From contig NC_086097.1 in NCBI RefSeq assembly GCF_963921235.1, forward strand, positions 41,976,001 to 42,040,000: a stretch of DNA of 64,000 nt, read 5' to 3'. This document shows positions 48,490-60,499 of the stretch, piece by piece. Below the pieces are notes generated by a model, which saw nothing but the letters and a program-made list of their open reading frames with translations, did not search any database and had not been told where the DNA came from. The position numbers and the translations under genes are program-made. Within the stretch, counting starts at the first letter, position 1. The number at the start of each line of letters is the position of its first letter. Origin of the DNA: Mobula hypostoma. Lineage: Eukaryota.

Positions 48490-51400
48490 TGAGGGGAGTA
48501 ATGGATTAAAAGTATTATATATGAATGCACAAAGTATAAGAAATGAAGTGGATGAGCTTGAGGCTCAACTGGAAATTGGCAAGTATGATATTGTAGGAAT
48601 AACAAAGACATGACTGCAAAAGGACCAGGGCTGGGAAATGAATATTCAAAGTGCTACGTCCTATCGAAAGGACAGACAGGAGGGCAGAGGGGGTGGGGTG
48701 GCTCTTTTGGTGAGGAATGAAATTCAGTCCCTTGCGAGGGGCAACATAGAATCAGGAGATGTAGAGTCAGTATGAATAGAACTGAGAAATTGTAAGGGCA
48801 AAAAGACCCAAATGGGAGTTATCTACAGGCCCCCAAACAGTAGCCTGGATATAGGATGCAAGCTGAATCAAGAGTTAAAATTGCAATGTCGAAAGGTAAT
48901 GCTACTGTTGTTATGGGGGATTTCAACATGCAGGTAGACTGGGAAAATCAGGTTGGTACTGGACCCCAAGAAAGGGAGTTTGTGGGGTGCCTCCGAGATG
49001 GATTCTTAGAACAGCTTATACTGAAACCTACCAGGGAGAAGGCAATTCTGGATTTAGTGTTGTGTAATGAACCAGATTTGATAAGGGAACTCGAGGTAAA
49101 GGAGCCATTAGGAGGTAGTGACTATAATATGATAAGTTTTAAACTACAATTTGAGAGGGAGAAGGGAAAATCGGAAGTGTCAGTATTACAGTTGAACAAA
49201 GGGGACTATGGAGCCATGAGGGAGGAGCTGGCCAAAGTTGACTGGAAAGTTACCCTAGCAGGGATGGCAGTGGAACAACAATGGCAGGTATTTCTGGGAA
49301 TAATACAGAAGGTGCAGGATCAGTTCATTCCAAAGAGGAAGAAAGATTCTAAGGGGAGTAAGGGAGGACAAGGGAAGTCAAGGTTAGTATAAAAATAAAA
49401 GAGAAGAAGTCTAACATAGCAAAGATGAGTGGGAAGCCGGAGGATTGGGAAACCTTTAAAGAGCAACAGATGATAACTAAAAAGGCAATATGGGGAGAAA
49501 AGATGAGATACGAAGGCAAGCTAGCCAAGAATATAAAGGAGGATAGTAAGAGCTTCTTTAGGTATGTGAAGAGGAAAAAATTAGTTAAGACCAAAGTTGG
49601 GCCCTTGAAGACAGAAAGGGGTGAATTTATTATGAGGAACAAGGAAATGGCAGACGAGTTGAACAGGTACTTTGGATTTGTCTTCACTAGGGAAGACACA
49701 AACAATCTCCCAGATGTAATAGTGGCCAGAGGACCTAGGGTAACGGAGGAACTGAAGGAGATTCACATTAGGCAGAAAATGGTGTTGGGTAAACTGATGG
49801 GACTGAAGGCTGATAAATCCCCAGGGCCTAATGCTCTGCACCCCAGGGTACTTAAGGAGGTGGCTCTAGAAATCGTGGATGCATTGGTAATTATTTTGCA
49901 ATGTTCTAAAGATTCAGGATCAGTTCCTGAGGACTGGAGGGTAGCTAATGTTATCCCACTTTTTATGAAAGGAGAGAGAGAGAAAACAGGGAATTATGGA
50001 CCAGTTAGCCCGACATCAGTGGTGGGGAAGATGCTGGAGTCAATTATAAAAGATGAAATTACTACACATCTGGATAGCAGTAACAGGATTGGTCCGAGTC
50101 AACATGGATTTACGAAGGGGAAATCATGCTTGACTAATCTTCTGGAATTTTTTGAGGATGTAACTGTGAAAATGAATAAGGGAGAGCCAGTGGATGCAGT
50201 GTACCTGGACTTTCAGAAAGCCTTTCATAAGGTCCCACATAGGAGATTAGTGGGCAAAATTGGAGCATATGGTATTGGGGGTAGGGTACTGACATGGATT
50301 GTAAATTGGTTGGCAGACAGGAAACAAAGAGTGGGGATTAATGGGTCCCTTTCAGAATGGCAGGCGGTGACTAGTGGGGTACTGCAAGGCTCGGTGCTGG
50401 GACCGCAGCTATTTACAATATACATTAATGATTTAGATGAAGGGATTAAAAGTAGCAAATTTGCAGATGACACAAAGCTGGGTGGCAGTGTGAAATGTGC
50501 GGAGGATGTTGAGATAATGCAGGATGACTTGGACAGGTTGGGTGAGTGGGCAGATGCATAGCTGATGCAGTTTAATGTGGATAAATGTGAGGTTATCCAC
50601 TTGGTGGCAAGAACAGGAAGGCAGATTACTATTTGAATGGTATCAAGTTAGGAAAAGGAGAAGTACAATGAGCTCTTGGTGTCCTTGTTCATCAGTCACT
50701 GAAAGTAAGCATGCAGGTACAGCAGGCAATGAAGAAAGCTAATGGTATGTTGGCCTTCATAACAAGGGGAGTTGAGTATAGGAGCAAAGACGTCCTGCTG
50801 CAGTTGTACAGGGCCCTGGTGAGACCACACCTGGAGTACTGTGTGCACGTTTTGGTCTCCAAATTTGAGGAAGAACATTCTTGCTATTGAGAGAGTGCAA
50901 CGGAGGTTCACGAGGTTAATTCCCGGGTTGGGGGGACTGTCATATGTTGAAAGGTTGGAGCAATTGGGCTTGTATACACTGGAATTTAGAAGGATGAGAG
51001 GGGGTCTGATTGAGACATATAAGATTATTAAGGAATTGGACACACTAGAGGCAGGAAACATGTTCCCGATGTTGGGGGAGTCCAGAACCAGAGGCCACAA
51101 TTTGAGAATAAGGGGTAGACCATTTAGAACGGAGTTGAGGAAAAACTTTTTCACCCAGAGAGTTGTGGATCTGTGGAATGCTCTGCCTCAGAAGGCAGTG
51201 GAGGCCAATTCTCTAGATGCTTTCAAGAAAGAGTTAGACCTTTCTTTTGTTACCTTCAATTAAGGGCTTATTTAAAAGGCAAACTGGGTCAAACAATGTT
51301 TTTGCCAAAACCCAGTGAAATTGAAATTTTAATTCAAGAAGGAAAAATTAAAAAATTTATTTCTTTTATGTATAATTTGATTCAAAAACAGACAATTAAA

Positions 51401-52280
51401 CATGGAATCCACAAGTCAAAACAAAAATGGGAATCGGATCTGAATATGACAAATACAATAAACGTTCGACTTAGAATAGTACAATATAATTTTTTACACT
51501 AATTATATATTACACCGCAAAAAATAAATAGATTAAATTCAAACTTATCTGATCAATGCTTTCGGTGTAATCAAGAAATTGGTACTTTCTTACATTCTAC
51601 TTGGTCTTGTTCCAAAATTCAAACTTTTTGGATAAATTTAAGAGTTTTATTGGAACAAATTACTGCAACTCAACTTCCACATAACCCCATATTATTTCTA
51701 TTAGGTGATATTGAAGGGATAAAACCGAAACTTAAACTGAATAAATATCAGAAAGAATTTATAAAAGTTGCATTGGCAGTAGCCAAGAAGGCTATAGCAG
51801 TTACTTGGAAATCAGATTCGTATTTAAGTATGAATCGTTGGAATAATGAAATTTCTAGTTGTATTCCACTCGAAAAAATTGCTTATAATTTAAGAGATAA
51901 ATATGATACATTTTTAAAAATTTGCACCCATATTTACAGAAGATAGGATGGCATATTTAGTTGCTCCGATGATAAAGATGTTGGTCTCTTGGGGTAAGTA
52001 ATAAATAAATATGCTAAATTTATTTTGAATTCCATGGAGCATGTGGAAACCTTCCAATATCCAGGCGGTTCTTCTTTCTTTTTCTTTTTTTTTCAGGTAG
52101 GGGTATATATCGGGGGAAGGGTTAAGGGGAGGGGGGAGGGTAGATATTATCATTCTATTATCATTCTATGTAATCAAAAACTCAATAAAAATTATATTTA
52201 AAAAAAGAAAGAGTTAGATAGAGCTCTTAATGATAGCGGAGTCAAGGGATATGGGGAGAAGGCAGGAACGGGGTACTGAT
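48490..52280 (+). pseudogene. CR1 ORF2 (APE plus RT), few disruptions, interrupted by L1 at 51239-52204
   Basis: [30 protein letters not shown] and KFADD; ORFs 48856-49392, 49425-50561 and 50841-51263. Confidence 0.93.
51239..52204 (+). mobile_element. 5'-truncated L1-clade LINE
   Basis: AT-rich ORF2 C-terminus with CCHC knuckle CFRC..GTFLHSTWSC, G-rich 3' UTR, AATAAA and A tail. 14-bp TSD aagaaagagttaga at 51225-51238 and 52205-52218. Confidence 0.92.
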
Positions 52281-52766
52281 TGTGAATGATCAGCCATGAT
52301 CACAGTGAATGGCAGTGCTGGCTCGAAGGGCCGAATGGCCTACTCCTGCACCTATTGTCTATTGTCTCACTACAGGAAGGATGTGGAAAGCGTGCAGAGG
52401 AGATTTACTAGGATGTTGCCTGGATTGGGGAGCATGCCTTATGAGAATAGGTTGAGTGAACTCGTCCTTTTCTCCTTCGAGTGACGAAGGATGAGAGGTG
52501 ACCTGATAGAGGTGTATAAGATGATGAGAGGCATAGGTCATGTGGATAGTCAGAGGCTTTTTCCCAGGGCTGAGATGGCTAACATGAGAGGGCACAGTTT
52601 TAAGGTGCTTGGAAGTAGGTCAGAGGAGATGTCTGGAGTCGTTTTGAGTGTGTGGAATGGGCTGCCAGCAACAGTGGTGGAGGTGGATACAATAGGGTCT
52701 TTTAAGGGACTCCTGGATAGGTACATGGAGCTTAGAAAAATAGAGGGCTATAGGTAACCCTAGGTA

Positions 52767-54698
52767 CTACTACTACGTCGACTCAGGCCTAGGGGGCTGG
52801 CGTCGGGCACGATGACGGACTCTCCACTTCTCCCTCTCCCTCATCAGTGTGTTCAGTTCATCTACATTAGCCGCGCCGCTGTCTTCTAGGAGCGTGTTGA
52901 CCATAGTCTTGGGAGGGCGCCCAGGGTTCATCCTCCCGTGCTTGGGCTCCCATATGATGACTAGGCTGGCAGGTAGCTCGGGGTGGTGTAGACGGTGCCC
53001 TGCTAGTTGTAGTCTTCTCGCGTTGATTTTAGTGGTGAGCATCTGTAGGTCGTCATAGAGCTCAACGTTCATCATGTGCTGTTGCCAACTCACGTCAAGA
53101 GCCATCCGGAGCATTCATATATAGCAACCATCTAGAGACTTTTGCATAATCTTGGTGAGTGCCAACGTCTCACATCCATACGTGAAAATGGACTCTATAA
53201 CTGCTATAAAAATCCTCTTTTTAAGCCCTCTGGTCAGGTTCGACTTCCAGATTTCCTTCATGTCATTCATAGCCCTCCACGCCAGTGTTTTCCGTATCTT
53301 TATGTCCTTCTCCGAATTCATCATTCTTGACCCAAGGTACTTGTAGTTATAGACTTTCTTAATGGTATCATTCTTTATGGTCTTGAGAATATCTTCGTTG
53401 CAGTTAAATGCCATGTACTCTGTCTTTTTAGCATTTAGGTGAAGTCCAACTTTATTGCACTCAATTTCCACTTTTGTCAGTAGCTGCTGTGCTTCTTCCA
53501 TCTGGTCAGAGAGCAGGACTATGTCATCTGCAAAATCGAGATCTGTGAGCATAACTGGTCTGCCCTTTTGGTTCGTCCTGGTTTTATGGTAAAACCAAGC
53601 TTGTCATGATCTTTGGTAGCTTGACGTAGAGCGTAATCAAGGACGATTATAAAGATGTAGGGTGCCAGAGTGTCTCCTTGCAGCACACCAGCTAGGAGCT
53701 CGAACACTGCTGTTTCTCCATCTGGTGATACAACTTGCGCCATGGTTTTGGTATAGCTGGACTCCATTGCTCTCAGTAGATGGTCTGGCACTCCGTAAGC
53801 TTTCAGGATCTTCAGCATTTTACTTCAGTGAATGGAGTCAAAAGCTTTGTGAAAATCGATGCAAGCAAGCACGGCTGGTAGGTTGTTCTTCTTGACTTCC
53901 TCGATGATTCTACGGAGAGCAAGTATTTGCATTACTGTTGTGCGCTTCTGCCGAAAACCATTCTGATTGAATCTTAGCTTAGGGTCAATGGAAGTGCGAA
54001 TCCTGTTCAAGATCATCCGATTGTATAACTTTGCTAAGATGCAGGTCAAGCTGATACTGCGGTAGTTATCTGTCTTCGTGAGGGATCCAGACTTGGGGAC
54101 TGGGATAATGTTTGAGAGTGACCACTGTCCCGGTTTGTCGCCTTTCATCAGTGCCATATTACATATGTCCAGCAAGATATCGTCCAGGTCGCAGTTCTTC
54201 AGGACATCTGGTGGTATCCCATCTGGTCCAGCGCTCCTGCCCTGTTTGAGTGTATATTTGGCCTTCTTCAGTTCCTCAATGGTGAATGGGCCGTCATCGA
54301 TGTCAACTTGCATTAGTATCATGGCTATGTCCTCTTCTCCTTCTGTGATCGTTGGATGGGTTCCCAGCAGGTTCTTAAAGTGGGTAAACCATGTCTGGAC
54401 ACGGTCTTCTGCTGTTTTACCACTTATTTGACCTGATGGGGACTTCTTCCGTCTACTGATCTCATTGACTAGGCGCTATGCTTCTCCATGCTGCTTTTCT
54501 TCATTAGCAGCCTCTACCTCTCTAATCCTCTCAGCTAGTTCCTCTTCATTCAGTCGGTCGTAGGTGGCAAAGAGATTCTTCTTTGCTGTCTTGAACTTGT
54601 CTTTTAGCTCTTCTGTTTCGCTCCTTCTAAGTTCAGCATGACAAGTATTGACCACACTTCCTTGCTGTGACGTCAGGATGTGTCAAGATCCGGCTCTA
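52767..54698 (-). mobile_element. 5'-truncated RTE/RTE-X-like LINE
   Basis: NYRSISL, IDFHKAFDSIH, GVLQGDTLAPYIF, DLDFADD and YKYLGS motifs; (TAG)n tail. 11-bp TSD aaccctaggta at 52756-52766 and 54699-54709. Confidence 0.92.
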
Positions 54699-54879
54699 AA
54701 CCCTAGGTAATTTCTAAATTAAGTACAAGTTCGGCGCAGCAGTGTGGGCTGAAGGGCTTGTACTGTGTAAGGTTTTCTATGTCTATGTTTCTATATTCCT
54801 GAATGATCCATGAACCTATACACGCTCCCTTGTCATTGCTCTGTTTTATTTATTTATTATTGTAATTTATAGACTTGTG

Positions 54880-55186
54880 GGCATGTGGCCAAGTAGTTAA
54901 GGCATTGGACTAGCAACCTGAAGGTCGTGAGTTTGAGCCCCAGCCAAGGCAACATGTTGTGTCCTTGAGCAAGGCACTTAATCACACATTGCTCTGCGAT
55001 GACACCGCTGCCAAGCTGAATGGGTCCTAATGCCCTTCCCTTGGACAACATTGGTGTCGTGGAGAGGGGAGACTTGCAGCATGGGCAACTGCTGGTCTTC
55101 TGTACAACCTTGCCCAGGCCTGTGCCCTGGAGAGTGAAGACTTTCCAGGCGCAGATCCATGGTCTTGCAAGACTAACGAATGTCTT
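54880..55186 (+). mobile_element. tRNA-derived SINE
   Basis: A box tggccaagtagttaaggc and B box gagtttgagccc. 10-bp TSD tagacttgtg at 54870-54879 and 55187-55196. Confidence 0.88.
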
Positions 55187-55879
55187 TAGACTTGTGTCTT
55201 TACATTGCTGTTGTCATATGCTGTTCACAGCTTATGTCAGTGTTAATAAATCTGATTCTGATATAAGATATTACAAACGTACATCAGTTCACTATTTGAA
55301 GGTTATAATTCAAATCATTCACAAATCTAAAATGAAGCACACCCTTAATGTTTGAAGGGATTAACTGCTATTTATAACATCTGCTATATTACACAATAGG
55401 AGATATTCAGAATTTTAAGTCAAATCATATCAAACGGGCAAAGGGAAAGCACTGGATAGCTGCAAATCTGATATGAAACAGAAAACAATGAAAATATTCA
55501 CTTGGCCAGGAAACAGATGTGGAGAAAGAAAAAATTACTTTTACAGGTTAGTGGCCTTTCAGAGTGGGTATTGCCGGCATTTTCTATTTTTGTCTTGAAA
55601 CCTACTGGCAGAGCAGTTGTCCACATTTCTGCAAGACTGTATATAGCAATTGAGGCAAATTCTGCCTGCTTTGCAGTCAAGAAATACCTCTGCTTATCTG
55701 AAGTATAAACTTAAACCGGGCCTGAAGAGAAGCTATGATAGTATCCGAAACAATGAGGGAAATGGACTAACTGGACAGAGGGAAACCATTCCCTTGGTAG
55801 AATAATCAACAACCAGAGGGCAAACTGAAGAAAACATTTTTATACAGCAACTGTATTACCTGGGATCACTTTTAAAAGT

Positions 55880-58020
55880 GACTTAGACCACAAGATATAG
55901 GAGCAGAATTAAACCCTTCAGCCCATCGAGTCTGCTCAACCATTCCATCGTAGCTGATCCCGGATCCCACACAATGCCATACACCTGCCTTCTTGCCATA
56001 TCCTTTGATGCCCTGACTGATCAAGAAACTATCAACTTCTGCCTTAAATATATGCACAGACTTGGCCTCGAGCACAGTCTGTGGCAGAGCATTCCACAGA
56101 TACACTACTCTGGTTAAAAAAATTCCACCATACCTCTTCTCTAAAAGGTCACTTCTCAATTTTGAGTCTGTGCCCTCTAGTTTTGGATACCCCACCCCCC
56201 CAACATAGGAAACTTGCTCTCCACATCCACTGTATCAACATTCAGGAAGTTTTAATGAGATCCTCATGCATTCTCCTAAATTCCAGTGAGTACAGGCCCA
56301 AAGCTGCCAAACACTCCTCATATGTTAACCCCTTCATTCCCAGTATCATCCTCGTGAACCTCCTCTGGACTCTCTCAAATGAAAACATTTCCTTTGTGAG
56401 ATATGGGGCCCAAAACTGTTAACGATACTTGCTAATCTTGTTAATCTTGAGTGGCACCTTATCAAATGTCTTCTGGAAATCCAGTCAAACAACATCCACT
56501 GCCTCTCCTTTGTCCACCCTGCTTGTTACTTCCTCAAAGAACTCTAACAGATTTGTCAGGCAAGGTTTCCCTTTACAGAAGCCATACTGACATGGACTTA
56601 CTTCACCATTAAGCCCAATTTATACTTCTGCATCAAATGTACGCCATAGGTACCATGTACCCTACGCCGTACCCTATGCCGTACCCTACGCCGTAGGGTG
56701 ACGTGCACCTCCCCAAAAATGTAACTCAAGCATCACGGCGATGCAGACTGCAACAACTGTAATTGGTCCGCTTGGTAACATCGCATTTCCGCTTGCTTTT
56801 CTCTGCCATGTCTGTACACTGATGTGAAATAAATGCTTGGAGACGATGAGCCAAATCATCAAATCTACCTGCCGACATCCGAAAATATTTGAAATGCATT
56901 TCCTCGTCCATGTCTCTCACGAAGAAACTCAACACAGTGGCATAGAAACCCCACCGCCAACCAACGTTTTGGCGGTGAATTGCAGAGGAACGCAGACACA
57001 ACTACACATGCTCGCTATGGCGTAGGGCTACACAAAAGTATAAATCAGGCCTACGGCGTAGGCTGTACGCACAGGTATAAATCAGCCTTTAGTCTCCATA
57101 TACCCCGAAACCTCATCCTTAATAATGGACTTCAACACTTTCTCAACCACTGAGGTTCGGCTAACTGGCCTTCCGCCTTTCTTAAAGAGTGGAGTGACAT
57201 TTGCTATCTTACAGTCTACTGGTAACATGCCAGAATTGTGATTCTTGAAAGATCATGACCAATGCATCCGTTATCTCTTCAGCAATCTCTCTCAGGACTC
57301 TTGGATGTCGTCCATCTGGTCCAGGTCACTTATCCACCTTAAGATCTTTCAGTTTGCCTAGTACTTTTTTCCTTTGTAACAGCAATGGCAATCACTTCTG
57401 CTCTCTGACACACCTGGATCTCTGGCACACTACTTGTATCTTCCACAGTGAAGACTGATGCAAAGTACCCATTAAGTTCATGTGCCATTTCTTTGTCCCC
57501 CATTACTACCTCACCAGCATCATTTTCCAGTGATCCAATATCAACTCTCGCCTCCCTTTTACTCTTTATGTAACAGAAAAAAAAACATTTAGGATCCTGC
57601 TTTATATTATTGGCTAGTTTGCCCTCGTATTTCATCTCTTCCCTTCTTAGAGCTTTCTTAGCTGCCTTTTGCTGGATTTTAAAATCTTCCCAGTCATCCA
57701 ATTTCCCACTCACTTTTACTACCTTATATGCCCTTCTCTTGGCTTTTATGCAGTCCTTAACTTCCTTTATCAGCCACAGTTGCCTATCTCTGCTACTTGA
57801 GAACAACTTCTTCTGATGGACGCATCATTCCTGAGCTTTGTGAACGTTTCCCAAAAACTTCAGCCATCTCTGCTCTGCCATCATTCCTGCCAGTATCCCT
57901 TTCCAATTCATCTGGGCAAGCTCCTCTCTCATGCCTCTGTAATTCCCTTTATTCCATTGCGATACTGATACATGTGAATTATGCATCTCCCTCTCAAATT
58001 GCAGTATGAATTCAGTCATC
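55880..58020 (-). mobile_element. Degraded CR1 with internal deletions, interrupted by a Harbinger element
   Basis: Inverted tail accacaagatataggagcagaa; RT and ORF2 pieces (GDKEMAHELNGYFASVFTVED). Confidence 0.88.
56612..57088 (-). mobile_element. Harbinger/PIF deletion derivative (MITE) with transposase remnant
   Basis: TTA TSD at 56609-56611 and 57089-57091. Ends agcccaatttatac and gtataaatcagcct. Minus strand [19 protein letters not shown] resembles Harbinger transposase N-termini. Subterminal taccctacgccg repeats. Confidence 0.82.
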
Positions 58021-59254
58021 TTGCTATTTGAATTAATACTGCAAAGAAAATTACATGTCTGTGTAAAGAGCAACTATTCAGCATGAGCTGCCTTGTGGAG
58101 ACCCTGTGTAGTCTTGGCTCCAAAATGTTGTTCCATAGCAGAGAAAAAAAAGGAGCAAAATACATCACTAAATGAGTGCCCTACAGGCTTTAAATTCCAA
58201 TGAATACTCCTAAGAAATAAATGGTAAAGTCTTGGGTACTTAAGTCCAATTTAATCAAGTAGTGAAATGATTTGTAAGAATGATTTACGGTCAATAAATC
58301 TATTCAGGGGTAACGCTGTGGTTTGCGAAGTGAATCTCACTGCTGTTTATCGATATTAGAATAATTTACATAATAAGTGGTGCAATGTTGAAAGCAGGAA
58401 CTAGCCTTGCATTTAGAATAATTCAGAGTAATCTTATTAAAATATTCTGTTTAGTTAATGAATCCGTCAAATGATGGTTTTATTCGGAGCAGGAGTATCA
58501 AATTGGTCATTTAACAGTCCCTCTGGTTGTCAGTTTCCCAGACAACCTAAGTGTGGATAATCTACTGGAATCTGTTTAGTCATCCATTCGCCGTAGAACA
58601 TTGGTTGTATGTGACAGTCTCAGCAGCCCCAAATAAATTATATTGATATCTCTCAGTCATTAAAGCACAGCGATTAGCTTATTCAGTCCTATCACTATAA
58701 ACCAACCTAAGTCAAACCACCTGCATTATTGCAGGTGCTGGCATCTTGTGCCCCAAAGACCCATTCATCATCTAAGTAAAGTTTGAGAATCTAGTGTGGA
58801 TTAGAGAATCTCTGGAACAAATATTTTTAAAAATCAATGATAGATATTTTAAGTATCTTTATTAGATGTAGAAAATGTGCATAATTAATATTACAGGTGT
58901 ATTTTGAGACATGTCATCACTATATTAATCATTATGAGGTTGACTTGGTCAGAGCTGTGGGCATTGTAGTGGGAGATAGTTCCAGGTGGCAGATTTCAAT
59001 TAAGTTGGCTTTGTCCTGGATGTCATCAAACTTCTAGAATGCTATTGAAGGTGCATTCCTCCAGGTAAGGGAGAGTGTTCCATCATTCTCCTGATTCCCG
59101 CCTTTGTGTGAAGAATATCCAGTCTCTAAATAACTGCCATTCTAGCCAATACTATCCCAGTTACGTTCTTGATCAATAGTGATAAGATTTTTATATTAAC
59201 TTCGTATTAGACCAGCTGCAGGACAGTTATGACAGATTCTGAGATGTAGGTGAA

Positions 59255-60125
59255 TCATAATCAAAAGCAGATTTATTATCACTGTCTTATGCAGCGAAAG
59301 GTCCTGAGTTCAAATCCAGCCTGCTCTCCTGCATGCTTTCCATCCGTGCGGGGTTACGAGCTGGTGATCTCTTTGGAAACTCACCTGGCAGAAGGCAATG
59401 GCAAACCACTGCTGTAACTTGCCTCGTACGCGGTTCCCCACCACGTCAGAGAGGCGGGGAGGGAAATCGGCCGCTAGCCGGAGAAACTCCTGATACGACG
59501 TACCTTTCCTTCCTTCCTTATGGAACACGGATTTTGTTATTTTGTGGAGGAGCTCAGAGCAAAGACAAAATTACAATGAATTACAGAATAAGTGTCTTGT
59601 GCAAAAAAAAAAGGAATAATGAGATAGTGTTCATAGACTGTTCAGAAATCTAATGTCAGAAGGGAAGAATCTGTTTCTGAATCATTGACAGAGGGTCTTC
59701 AGGCCTCTGTACCTCTCCCCCACAGTAGAAACAAGAAGAGAGCCCGTCCTGGATGGTGAGGGTTGTTAGTGATGGATGCCTCCTACCTGAGGCACTGCCT
59801 CTTGAAGGCATCAGAGGTGGGGAGGGTTGTGTCTTTGATGGAGCTGGTTGTGTCTTGAACCCTCTGCAGCCTCTTGTGATCCTGTGCATTGGAGACTGCA
59901 TACCAGCTGATGCTGCAACTGGTCAGAATACACCCTTCTGTAATCTATAAGAAATCTGCAAGTGTCTTTGGTGATATGTCAAATCTCCTCAAACTCCCAA
60001 AAAGTAGAGCTGTAGACATTCCTTCTTCATGATTGCACCAACGTATAAGGCTCAACATAGATCTTCTGAGCTGTTGAAACCCAGGAACTTGAAGCTGCTC
60101 ACCCTTTCCACTGCTGACTCTTCAA
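59255..60125 (-). mobile_element. Degraded Rex/Babar-like LINE 3' fragment
   Basis: Inverted cccaggaacttgaagctgctcaccctttccac (VERVSSFKFLG) and downstream remnants. Confidence 0.72.
59292..59516 (+). mobile_element. 5'-truncated tRNA-derived SINE
   Basis: B box gagttcaaatcc, (ttcc)n tail, and TSD cttatg at 59286-59291 and 59517-59522. Confidence 0.7.
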
Positions 60126-60499
60126 TAAGGACAGCTATGGGTTCTTAGAATCAGAATCAGATTTAATATCACCAGCATATGTTGTGAAACTTGTTCACTT
60201 AATGGCAGCGTTGTAGCAGTGTGCTACACACAGCGCTAGAATAACCACATGGAGTCGGTGAGTTAGAGTTGCGATGAAAGAGACTTATTCAAACTTCACG
60301 GCCTGCTTTAAAGCCTTCCTGTTCCCGCCCTCCCTGGGGCAGGACTGCTGTGGGGAATGCATATTCCCAGACCCTTTCTGCGCGCGGGATTTTCCCCCTG
60401 CTGGTGAAGATGGCCTGGTGCCCTTTTTGGGGCCGGCCCTCTGCCTGCGCACGCTGTTGTGAGCTGGTTCGTGTGTGCCAGAAAGTGGGTCGCCACATA

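Larger units (their letters stand above)
47072..52365 (+). mobile_element. Full-length young CR1 LINE
   Basis: TSD ctcac at 47067-47071 and 52366-52370; 5' direct repeat; ORF1 CAAC..CGKC plus esterase; long ORF2 pieces; (ctattgt)n tail. Confidence 0.93.
46766..54795 (+). mobile_element. 5'-truncated CR1 acting as host to nested elements (pieces 46766-47071, 52366-52766, 54699-54795)
   Basis: The reading FWSPH|YRKDV is continuous across the 47072-52365 insert. Tail ttctatgt repeats at 54773-54795. Confidence 0.88.

Noticed and set aside
54880..54950. tRNA gene
   Set aside because: No complete cloverleaf; it continues into a SINE body bounded by a TSD.
56641..56700. CRISPR-like short repeats
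   Set aside because: Tandem 12-mers without spacers inside a MITE, in eukaryotic context with no cas genes.
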